A program made the translations under genes and the position numbers. From assembly GCA_000002445.1 (NCBI GenBank), contig CM000208.1, positions 3,744,001 through 3,808,000 on the forward strand: 64,000 nt of DNA, written 5' to 3'. The first letter of the stretch is position 1. Each line of letters opens with the position of its first letter. This DNA is from Trypanosoma brucei. Lineage: Eukaryota. The notes under the pieces were generated by a model. The model searched no databases, was not told the DNA's origin, and saw nothing but the letters and a program-made list of their open reading frames with translations. Of this stretch, positions 51,207 to 61,700 are shown piece by piece.

Positions 51207-52178
51207 ATGTCTTCGGCGGCGGAAAAAAAACATGCACCGCTCGTGGATGTGGTGGCAGGAGGACTGGGTTCGGCAGCCGCTAAATCCTTGCTTGCCCCGT
51301 TTCAACGTATCGTCATACTTCAGCAGCTGGGAGAACATAGGAATCTCAATACATTTCAACTCGTCAGTCACATCAAAAGAAATGAAGGGTGGAGGGGCTT
51401 TTGGAGGGGGAATTTAACATCGATGATTATTCGGGTGCCGTACTCTGGTATGCAGTTTGTCACATATAGCAGGTTGAAGTTCCTTTTCCAAGACCTCTCT
51501 GAAAGATATGTGCGGCCACCCAAAGGGGATGACGGAGACATTCGGAACGCGAGCAGGCACGTGGAGACCGCCGAGTTGTTTCTAATGAAGTGTGGTGCGG
51601 GGGGTATATCTGCTACTATCGCGGGAGTTGCCGTGTACCCAGGCGAGGTGGTTCGCCTGCGCCTTATGTCAGGAGAGAAGCAATTCAAAAGTATCATGGG
51701 TACGATACGCATCATTCACGCCGAGACGAACTCCATGAAGAACTTTTACCGTGGGCTCGGGGCATCCCTGCTGCAGCGAGTGCCGGACATTCTTATCAAC
51801 TTTGCTACTTACGAAACGATCAAGTATAAGCTGATGGAGAAAGATTTCCTTAAAGATCATCCATCTTATAAGAATGCTATATCCACAACCATTGGCGGGG
51901 CGACAGCTGCCGTGGCGTCTATTGCAGTCTGTTTCCCCCTCGACGTGGCAAAGCGGCGGATTGGCATGTCTGGTCAAGGAAAGAGTGGAATTGTGCACCG
52001 GGGCGTTCGCGAATGTTTGTGGCATGTATACCGCTACGAGGGCATCCGAGGGTTATACGGTGGGGCGAGCGTAGAGATAATGCGCTGTGTCCCGCAGGTG
52101 GTGCTCATGTGGTTCTTCATAGAGGCAACGCAGAAGTTTCTCACAAATTACGGGTTCGGTAGCGACGCGCAGCCGTGA
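51207..52178 (+). CDS. Mitochondrial carrier family (SLC25-type) protein
   Basis: Tripartite structure with carrier signatures PGEVVRLRLM and PLDVAKRRIG (Px[DE]xx[KR]x[KR]) and a weaker first copy PFQRIVILQQ. Six hydrophobic segments. Length 323 aa. Confidence 0.8.
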   Translation: MSSAAEKKHAPLVDVVAGGLGSAAAKSLLAPFQRIVILQQLGEHRNLNTFQLVSHIKRNEGWRGFWRGNLTSMIIRVPYSGMQFVTYSRLKFLFQDLSERYVRPPKGDDGDIRNASRHVETAELFLMKCGAGGISATIAGVAVYPGEVVRLRLMSGEKQFKSIMGTIRIIHAETNSMKNFYRGLGASLLQRVPDILINFATYETIKYKLMEKDFLKDHPSYKNAISTTIGGATAAVASIAVCFPLDVAKRRIGMSGQGKSGIVHRGVRECLWHVYRYEGIRGLYGGASVEIMRCVPQVVLMWFFIEATQKFLTNYGFGSDAQP

Positions 52179-53524
52179 AATAGCTGAGGGGGGAAGTGGT
52201 CGATATTTAGTTTTTGGGAACCGAACGACAAATTTTAAGTTGGACTGCAGCTCTGTACTGTCGTACGGCACGAGAATTGTCAACATCATCCACCCTCATG
52301 TGTAGTAGGTGAATAGAGCGCAATGCGAAGTCAGCTTCCCCACTAAGGTGTTTGGACTTTTGAAGCATAGGCGGAGCGACAGCATCTGCGGATAATTTTT
52401 GGTTCAGTCTGCTTCGCTTTTGTGGAAGCAGCAACTTTTACGTCCCTTTAATCCACAAATGCACTCTGCGTACTCCGCGCGTTTGTGCTTTTGGGTTTGG
52501 ATCGTAGCGGCATTGCTGTTTCCTAGCGTTTCCTTACAAACGTCCTTCTGGAAAGCTCAACAGCCTTTCCAACTGGGTGTAAGGATTTTCCTCCTTTCCT
52601 GTAAACATAAAGACTCTATGGGAGTCAACCGCCTAATTTTATTTTGTTATGCTTTCATCTTCTTTTTTTTTTGTTTTTGACATAGACTTGTTTATTTTCT
52701 TCATTCCCCTTTTTCTTTTCCGTTGCTCCCCATCACAGCAAAGAAAAAAAATAAAAGGGCTGCAGGGCAGCAACATTTGGTCGCTGCGTCCCAGACAGGA
52801 CAAAGTTAATTAACAACTCAGTCTTCGTGAGGCTGGGGTGGCCACTTGGTTTCTCGTCCAGGCGAGTATAAGGCTGGTCGCAGGCAATTAGTCGAGTGGA
52901 ATCACCACGTTGTTCAATTTACCGGAAATTTTAAGGGAATATATTACGTTTGTATAGTTAAACGTTTATGCGATAAATATATGTATTGGTTTTTTTTATA
53001 TTGATTTATGGTGCTGTTTACCATATTTGGCTTTTTGTTTTTCCAGCTCCTTCCTTCTTTTGCCATGTGATTGGGTTAAAACTAGTGGGGCGGTGGGGTG
53101 TGCGCCTTCAGCGTGATTGGTGCTGATATGAAAAAGGAGAAAATGTAACTTCTGTCGATCAGGGGAAGAAAGAAAGGAGGGCAAACAAGTTTGAAGTGTG
53201 AGTGGTACATTTTTGCTCGTGTGGGTTCCGTGCGGGTTGCGTCCCCGCTGACGCTAACGTTGCGTGTCACTACTCGCTCTTCACACCTTCAATTTGTTTA
53301 CTTAACATTATGTTTGGCTGCGTGTGTGGATTTCGTCGAAAGAGAGAAGAAACAAAGCAAAAGGGAGAAAGGGCGGTCACAATCAGAAAGAAAAAAAAGG
53401 AGAAATTTGATAACTAAGTACTCGGTGCCTGAACCAACTGAAGGGGGAAGGTAGAGAAGGAAAAACCGAGAGAAGTGCTTCAACAAAAAAAAACGGAGGA
53501 GCAGAGAGCACGACGACACTTGTT

Positions 53525-54778
53525 TTGCAGGCCCATATAGCGCAAAAGTCCACGACAAATATGGAGGAGCGGACGCTGCAGTACCTGGATGGGATTATTA
53601 TTACCCTCAGGCAGGCGGGAAGCTATGGGACGGCGGAAATATTGGAGCGGGCGAGAGAAGAATTAGCTGGCGCTCAGTGGTGTGAAATGACAGACAGCCT
53701 GCTGCAGGCCGTGCACGATCCCATCGTTCTCAAATCAGCTTACGAACTGCATGAAAATGTGCTGAGAACAGTACGCATGGAAATGTCGCCTGTAGCGTAC
53801 GTAAAGTTACTGCATACAGTCTGTTTTAGTCCAAATGTTTCATTGCAAATGGCGCTAGAACTCGTTGATAACGCAGTAACTTCATTATCAATAAACCCCT
53901 CTGAACAGGGGGGGAATGCGGCCCGCTGTATCCGTGCGCTTTTGCTCCTCGATAGGCAGAACGGCTGTGATCATATCATTCCGCTGGAGGCGGCTGCGCA
54001 AGAAGCACACAACATTCTTGATTCTGTGGAAAATTTTATTCACTCGAAGCAGATGCATGAAGTGGACCCTGTCCTCACGGCGCTTCACTGTCAAGCCAGG
54101 GGAAAGGATTACAAGATGCGGCGGCAGTATACACAATACTACAAGAACGCTTTCGAAACCGTAAAGAGTGCGGAGCGCGCTGAGATGGCCATTCTTGAGA
54201 GTGATATGATGACACTTGCCTATGATACAGCCATAGCAGCGCTTCTGTCGGAGGAAATACACAACTTTGGGAAGTTTCTCAATTATCAGTGTTTTACCGA
54301 ACGGTTAGCCGCGAGCGCTGAGCACCTCTGGATCCTCGAGTGGCTTCGTATCTGCAACGACGGGAAGGTTGAGGAATTCGAGCAGTATGCTGAGACGCAC
54401 CGCAGCCACATTGAGTCGAACCCCGTACTGACTCGTGCACTCGCATCTGTCGTGCACAAAGTGCGACTGATGGCGCTTCTGCATCTTGTCTTCTACACAC
54501 CATTCAATGAACGAACCTTCGCCTTTGACCTGATTGCACGGCGGTGCGCAGTGCCCCTAAAGCGTGTGGAACCACTTCTTCTTGCGGCGCTGGCCCAGGG
54601 AATTATCATCGGCAAGATCGACGGCCTTTCGGAGGAAGTGCATATTACGTGGGTGGAGCCGCGAGTTTTGAGCCTGCAGGAGGTAAAGGAGCTGGCTGAG
54701 CACGTGTCGCACTGGAAAAAAAAGGTTATGGCACTCTCTCAATCAGTGATGGAGATTACGCAGCAAACTCCCAACTAG
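53525..54778 (+). CDS. 26S proteasome regulatory (lid) subunit Rpn9/PSMD13-like PCI-domain protein
   Basis: The C-terminal PCI/winged-helix region aligns with PSMD13. IGKIDGLSEEVHITWVEPRVLSLQEVKELAEHVSHWKKKVMALSQSVME matches [50 protein letters not shown]. The upstream part is helical and repeat-like. An alternative start Met lies at about 53561. Confidence 0.7.
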   Translation: MQAHIAQKSTTNMEERTLQYLDGIIITLRQAGSYGTAEILERAREELAGAQWCEMTDSLLQAVHDPIVLKSAYELHENVLRTVRMEMSPVAYVKLLHTVCFSPNVSLQMALELVDNAVTSLSINPSEQGGNAARCIRALLLLDRQNGCDHIIPLEAAAQEAHNILDSVENFIHSKQMHEVDPVLTALHCQARGKDYKMRRQYTQYYKNAFETVKSAERAEMAILESDMMTLAYDTAIAALLSEEIHNFGKFLNYQCFTERLAASAEHLWILEWLRICNDGKVEEFEQYAETHRSHIESNPVLTRALASVVHKVRLMALLHLVFYTPFNERTFAFDLIARRCAVPLKRVEPLLLAALAQGIIIGKIDGLSEEVHITWVEPRVLSLQEVKELAEHVSHWKKKVMALSQSVMEITQQTPN

Positions 54779-55759
54779 CGTTTCCTTTCCCTTTTTTCTC
54801 TGTTGTGTTTGAGGGGAGAAGGAGTAATCCGGAGAACAAGCAAAGACGAAATAGTCATGGGTGAAAATAGAGAAGGATGAGCGAATGCAAAAACGGGAGG
54901 GGAAAGAAAGGGCGGTGTACGAGCCCTTCATGTCTGCACATATCTCAAGAAAGGGGGGAAACTGACGGGGGTTGCGAAGAAAGATATGGTTCTGAAGGGT
55001 TTTTGTTAGTGCCGCTGTTAGTTGCAACCTCGCGGAGGCGGGGAAACGTGGCAGCTCTCATATAATATAACTCCGACGGTCACCCGTCGTTTCCTCTTGC
55101 TCCTTTCCTACCTTCACTGTCGCTGTTACGCCCTCACTATTTCTGTTGCCTCTACGTCTGCCCCGTTTTTGCCTGTTTACTTAAAGAGAAGGTGGGGGAT
55201 TGTTTGCCGCAGTGTGTGTGTGGGGAGGGGCACTTCTATGACACCACACCCTATCCGTACTTTCTTTTCCTTCCGTGTTCCACTGGCGGAGACCCGTGAT
55301 GTCTCTGGGAGCGCATTAAGGGGTGACGAGTTTGGAATATCTCGCATTACTGCGCGGTGACGACTCAAATGTTCTGGTTTAAGGCAGAACGAAGCCTGTG
55401 GCTGCACTGAGTGTAGACCGTCCTACTGTCTTTTGTTTTACTTCCGTCTTTCTCCCACTCATTTCACCTTTTTAATTCGTGTGCTTGTGTGTATCTGGTT
55501 GCCAGTAGTAGGCATACAGAACAGTGCAATAGCGAGGAAAGTGCTGTAACGAAGTGCAGGGCTGCTTTGTTCTTTGTCACAGGAGCCCCGCAGCCCTTCG
55601 CACCTAACCGTATAAATACGTTAGTAACCACATAACAAGTACAAAACTAGATAGACGTTGGGGTGGGAGTAAACGGAGAGAAAAGGGAAGAAACATAGAT
55701 CACTTCACCATTCCACCTCACTCATTCACAATTTCAGCTGCGGTTTCTCACCCAAACCT

Positions 55760-58700
55760 ATGACAAGTGCTGCCGCACTCCGACCCCCTGTGACACTGCT
55801 GTGGGATGCCAGGGTCAGTTGCTCCACACAGGAGAAGGGGAAGCAAGACGGTAGTTCGCCGGTGTTGGATTCGGAGCCCCATATTATCTCGCTGGGTGAG
55901 CTAGATGTGCTCAGCTGCAGCGATGAGGAATTAGAACTTCACCTTAATGGCATCAGGGATCTTGTACAAAGCAGACCGGACTCATGGCTGAAAAAGAAAG
56001 GTGGAAAGGGATTCTCAAAAAGGCAATTGGCCCTCATACAGGATGAGTTAGTGCACTACCAGGGGGTGCTGAAGCAAGCAAATGAAATACTTAGTTGGCT
56101 ACTCTGTCGGCTTAACGACCGCATAAGTGTGCTGCGCCGTGATGAGTCCATGTTGCGCGAGTATTACGAGAGCCTCGAACGTGGAACGGGAATTGATGAG
56201 GATTACAACATGCACAAGAAAGACAAATTTCACCGGAGATTGCGGGAGTCAAAGCGGAGGGCGCCCATCAAACGATATTCGAAGGAGCTAGAATTTTTGA
56301 CTTCGCGCCACACGCAGTTAGTGCAGCTGTTGACCACAGTCGAGTCAGAAGAACGCGCTTACAATGTGCGCGGGGCGGACGAGGACACCAGCCGGCGAAG
56401 TAAATTGTTGAGCCCCGAAGATACGAAAATTGAGGAAATATATAGGGACGCCGCCGCCGCTGGTGGGGGTAAAGCAGTTACACTAATGCGCATGCGTGCA
56501 CTGCAACCACTGATCAGAAAAGAACAGGAACTTCGCTTTGTGCCACCGCTCTTAGCGTCAGATGTCCACTCACGTTTACGGAAGGAAATTATACTACCCT
56601 TCTCCGTCCGCGTACTGGCGCTAAAAATTGAAAAGGGTAATATCATTGGTGACAAATTTGTCCAGTGGTATATTAACACAGTGGTGGATCCCCTGACAAT
56701 GGCCCAATTAGTAGAGCTTGTGCCGCGCGAGCACCTCGTGACAACTACAGTCCGGCTCGCGAAGGTCTGCGATGCGTACCCGCAGTCGCGGCGTGCCCAA
56801 CCCCTTCCGGATATATCACACGTCGTTTTGGAGTCCGTTTCTGAAGGTCGTATTGATGCCTTTGCGTCGCTCGTTCTTTCCACCTCAGCGACGTGCACGC
56901 GCGCTCTTCGGGACAAGGATGAAGAAGCCATTATTCTTTTCTCTGCTGTAATAACCGCGCAGGTGGAAGTTATACGGCGTATTATATCAGTTGGGTTCTA
57001 CAACACTAATGCCCTCAATGTCTGGCTATTCTTAAATCCCAACAACAAGTGTAACTACTATAAGACGTACGTACACGAAACAACGAACAATGTAAAGAAA
57101 TATCTAAGCTCGCTGTCACGCAGCAGTCGTGATCACCTAAGTACGGAGGGCGCAGAAGAAGATGTTATCGAAATGGCACAAATCACCCTGACACAAAAAT
57201 GGGAGGAGTGGGACAGCTCGCTTCTCACCGGCGGGTTGGGCGCCAGTCTGCGACACTTCTTAAATAACCGCCTCCTATGGAAAAGGAATACATCAACCCC
57301 AAAACCTCGCAGCAGTGCAAGTAGAGGAGGGAGGGACAGTGCAGCAGAGGGGTGGGAAAAGGGGCACGGGATGGACGTCAGTCTCAGCGTCAGTTTTACT
57401 CCCTCCCTTCTGAACAAACTTACTTCCGGGGACCCAACGTTCTCGTCACTGCTTTCGAGAAGGAAATTTGATCGCCTGCCGATGTCCGCCCCAAAGTGCG
57501 CCGTTCTCCCTGCTACCAGCACACCGATGTTACGTCGTGTAGATCCGTGGGGTTACACACCTCTTGAGACAACTGGAGCACATCTGCTGCTTGTTGGGGA
57601 CACGTCTACAGTCAATGCGCACGTGGTGCGGCTCCCAGCACGGCGGATGACCAAGTGGAATGAGCACGTCCCTAACGAGCCACAGGATGTGCGGATGCAA
57701 CGAGATCAAATGCAAACTTTAATAGACTCACATGGCACTCGGTTTTACTATGAAGTGCACATCTCGTTATTCTTCTTGATTAACGATGTGCCCCTGAGCC
57801 CTTCACCGTTTGAGTACACAGCCGCAGCCTCGGAAAATGCGACAAGTGAAGGTCTACCTTCTCAACAGCGGTGTACGGCTTACGTTGGTTGGTGTTCTGA
57901 GGAGTGCGTGGCGGCTGCTGACGGTTACTCCTCAAACCAGCCGCTTGGCAGTGACACCTCTTCTATAGGTATCTCGTTCGACGTCGTACACAGACATAGG
58001 TTGGACGAGCTCACAGAGGAAGTTATTCTGCGACCCATGAAACACGCAGTGGGGTGCACCAACACCATCGAGGTAGCTAATGATGGTGGAGAAATGCAAT
58101 CGGTTTCATTGATTCGGATGTACTTTCAAAGCTGGAACCGGACTCCCGATGGCGCGGATGAGAATGGTTCTGTATCGGATGATGCCATCTCCTTCGGAGA
58201 GAGCAGAACATCGTGGGTGTATTCCGGATTAGGAACCTTCAGTTCCGAAGGCTTTTCCTTGGAAAAACCCCGACAGCCAAGTGAGACCGTCGTCCCTTTT
58301 GTGAAATTAGTCGGAGAAGGAAATGAAGAGAGCGCGACCGAAGAGGACGATTCTGACGACATACCTCGTGTAATTCGCAATGTCTTTAGGTTGGCAGGTG
58401 TACCGGTATACAAGTCGCAATCAATTGTTATTGGGTGCCACGTTGACATGACAACACGATCAGCATCCTACACTGTTAATGGGGTAAGTCTTGGGACAGT
58501 TTTCACAGCACTTCCTTCAGCAACAGGACTCCGACCAGCGGTGAGCTTGCAGGTTTCCGAGGAAATGAAGTCGATCCTCCAAGGTGTGAATCAGAGTGAT
58601 TCCACGGTCGTCCGTTTCGTTTTTGACAGACACTTACTACTTTCGCACCACATGGAGTTGTTGGAACCTGGCGCAGTAGAAATCGAGTCGACCACCCGCA

Positions 58701-61700
58701 GCAGCTCGTTGCAGGATATTAAACCCCTGGGGGGCTCAGAAGAGGTTGAATTAATCCCGGGAATGGGCATTACCAAAGATGCGCTATTATTCGACGGAGA
58801 TATGATGCAGTGCGCGATGGTAAGACTTCTAACGGGAGCAGAAAGGGGTTCGTGCAGTGACGCCTTTGACGACGAAGAACTGATGAAAGGTGGTAGGGAA
58901 AGCATATCGCTTGGGACAGCGCTGAGAGTGAGGACTTCGTCGATACGGGCACTACTCAACAACCCGACGCCCAATGAAGACCTCCTGTTCTTTCCTCCAG
59001 TACTGTTAAGGCGCCGCAGTGACGAATCAGAAAAAGTAGCGAGTGGTATAACAATCATCCCTGAAGATGCGATGTTAGCCCCACTGTGTGCCGCGCTTGC
59101 CATGCGACAACGCATCGCCGCCTATCAGATCGTCATCCACCCGTTGTTGGACTTTGAAACGAGTAATCACATAATGTTGCAACAACGGCGCATGGCAGTA
59201 CTTGCATGTTCAACACTGGGATACGAAGAGGTGTTGTATGTTCTTCTCCAACGAATGGCAATACATGAGGTGGTCGCCCTGTTTTCAATCAAAGCACCGG
59301 CGGCTCCGCAAGATTCGCAGCCGAAGTTAAATAGACGCTTTGCCATAATACCCGCTAATAGCGCCAACAAAATAACGTCCGCAAGCACATTACAATACTT
59401 CCATTATACACCACTTCACTGCGCACTTCTCGAGGGACATACCAACTGCGCACATCTGTTGCTTTTTTACCTCAACCGCGCGCTTGGCAAAGAGTACTTG
59501 CGGCATGCCCTTAACGTCTTTTCTCGCGGTGGTGAAACGGCACTGGTGATTTCCTCTCGCGTCGGCTACACCGACATCGCAAAGCGGCTGCTTGCATTGG
59601 GTGCCTCGCCATTCTTGTTCGATCGCGTCACGAGATCAAATTGTCTAGAGCTCGCCTGCGCGGGCGGTAGTGAAGAGATTGCGTTAGCGCTTTTGGACAC
59701 CCCAGACTTCCACTCACCCGTTGCGGTCAATCAAGCCGGCTCAGCCCCTCCACTTTGCTGGTGTGCACTGAAAAACATCAGTGCCCTGGTGCGTCCGCTG
59801 CTTGAAAACGGTGCTGACCCCAATGTTACACTAGATGGACCAACACCTCTTTTTTTGGCTGTAATGTTCGAGAGTCAGGAAGTGGCATTGGAGCTTCTTC
59901 GGTATTGTGAATCAACAGCGAACAAAACCGCGCCAAGTGCGAATGCTTACCGGGCTGCGTTGCGAAAGCGCTTTGGTGCACCCACTGCACGGCGCCCAGG
60001 CGGGGAGGAGCTGGGTGATGAAGGTCCTCTGGCAATGCTGGATGTGGATGCGATGGACCCCCGAACCCAATGCACCGCTTTGCACTTGGCTTGCGAGAAT
60101 GGACAGTTGGCGGTGGTGCGTGCCCTCATTGCAGGGGGTGCGCAGTTGAATGTACAGAACAAAGCAAGCTTCGCAACTCCGTTACACTTAGCGGTCGAGA
60201 GTGGTCACGAAAAGGTTGCACTCGATATAGTTGAGTACGCGAAGAACAAGCTGCGACGGGGTCATGAGGTATTGGATATTAACGCCATTGACAAATCGGG
60301 GGATACGGTTCTACACGCCGCAGCGCGGAAGGGAATGCTCTCTGTCATCGAGTATATTATGTCTCAGTTCAGTGAGGAGGAGGTGGCTCGAATCCACAAA
60401 AACCATGATTTCTCGAAGCGCCCCAGTCCTGCAAATGTCCTGGCAGTCAACCGCCAGGGACACACACCACTTCTCGCGGCCATCCACGCGCATCAGGAAG
60501 AGGCCGCACAACTTATTGCATCGCTTGTGCCCGATTACTTGGCAAACCCCGGAGGTGCTATTGTGAGTGGGACGTGTGTGGCGATCTCAGAAAGTGACGT
60601 AGAGGGACTCGATAACGTGACACTATTTCTTCTTTCCTCACCCAATTATGTTGCAACGGAAGACTTTCGAAAAAGATTCTTTGATCATTACAATGCGAAA
60701 CGTGCGGAGATGGATTTAAGTGAAGACTATCCCAATTCGGAGGAAGTCCGAAGGCCACGTGTGGCTCTCCATGTCAATAAACGTCACAGCAAGAGGCGTG
60801 GTCGCCGTGTTCGTGTTGTGCCCTCCTTCAGGAAGCAGAGAATGTCTTTCCGGCTCAGCATATCCAGCATGTATGGCGTAGGAAGGAGTCGTGGCTCAAC
60901 AAGCGCCGTCGCAAGGGACGTCAGGACCGAAGACTCGCGTTCCAGGTGGGTTGTGGCAAATGAGCATTTAGCCCGTTCGAAGATGACCCGAATAGCACCA
61001 AGACGGTGCAGTATGTTTGTGAGAATGTTGCTTGCAAAGGGATATCGGAACCCCACCACGCGGAAGACTATACAGTTTCTGAAGCAAGGGTTTGCCATTG
61101 ACGAACTGTATGCCATGCTAGATGTAATCTCGTTTGAGACCCTACGGAAAGCACAGAGTCACTGGTCAATGCAATACACAGACTCCATTATCAGCTTTCT
61201 TCACATGTTTGGGGGCGTGCACGTCGCTCCGATCGATGCAGTTCTTTTTATCAGAAAACTGTTCTACTCTCATGAGTTGACGGAGAACGTGGACAAGGAG
61301 CAGGTTGAAGAGTCAAAGCAAAAGCTCATGAACATGCGGCCCCTGTGCCGCGACCTTGTAAACATGGTTCGAACCCGTGGAACTCTTACAGATTGCGTGG
61401 AGGACATGCGTCAAATGGTTTTGCAGTCTGGTCTTAGTGGTGACAAACTCACAGAGGAACTTACGTCACCATTTGGTTACACTGTGCTTCAGTTAGCCGC
61501 AACATTGTCATTGGCCAACGTCTGTACTTACCTCATTAATGAATGCCACATGAGTCCACTATTTGTTCCCGCTGGCCACTCAGACGAAAGCACATCCAAT
61601 GCTACAACAACCCGGGCACGGAGTGACGACGAAGACAGCGAGCAGAAATGGCTTCTGTCACCCTTTCGACTTGCTGTACGCACCCTTAACATAGAGGTGA

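Noticed and set aside
50766-51417. 95-aa and 135-aa ORFs upstream of the mitochondrial carrier gene
   Set aside because: They overlap the polypyrimidine and poly-A/G tracts of the intergenic region, the frames are mutually inconsistent, and their composition is K/R-rich and low-complexity. They are more likely 5'UTR.
52780-52900. Possible structured ncRNA (ggctggggtggccacttggtttctcgtccaggcgagtataaggctggtcgcaggc...)
   Set aside because: It is GC-rich and non-repetitive, but I could not identify C/D or H/ACA box arrangements, a tRNA fold, or known snRNA motifs. There is insufficient evidence.
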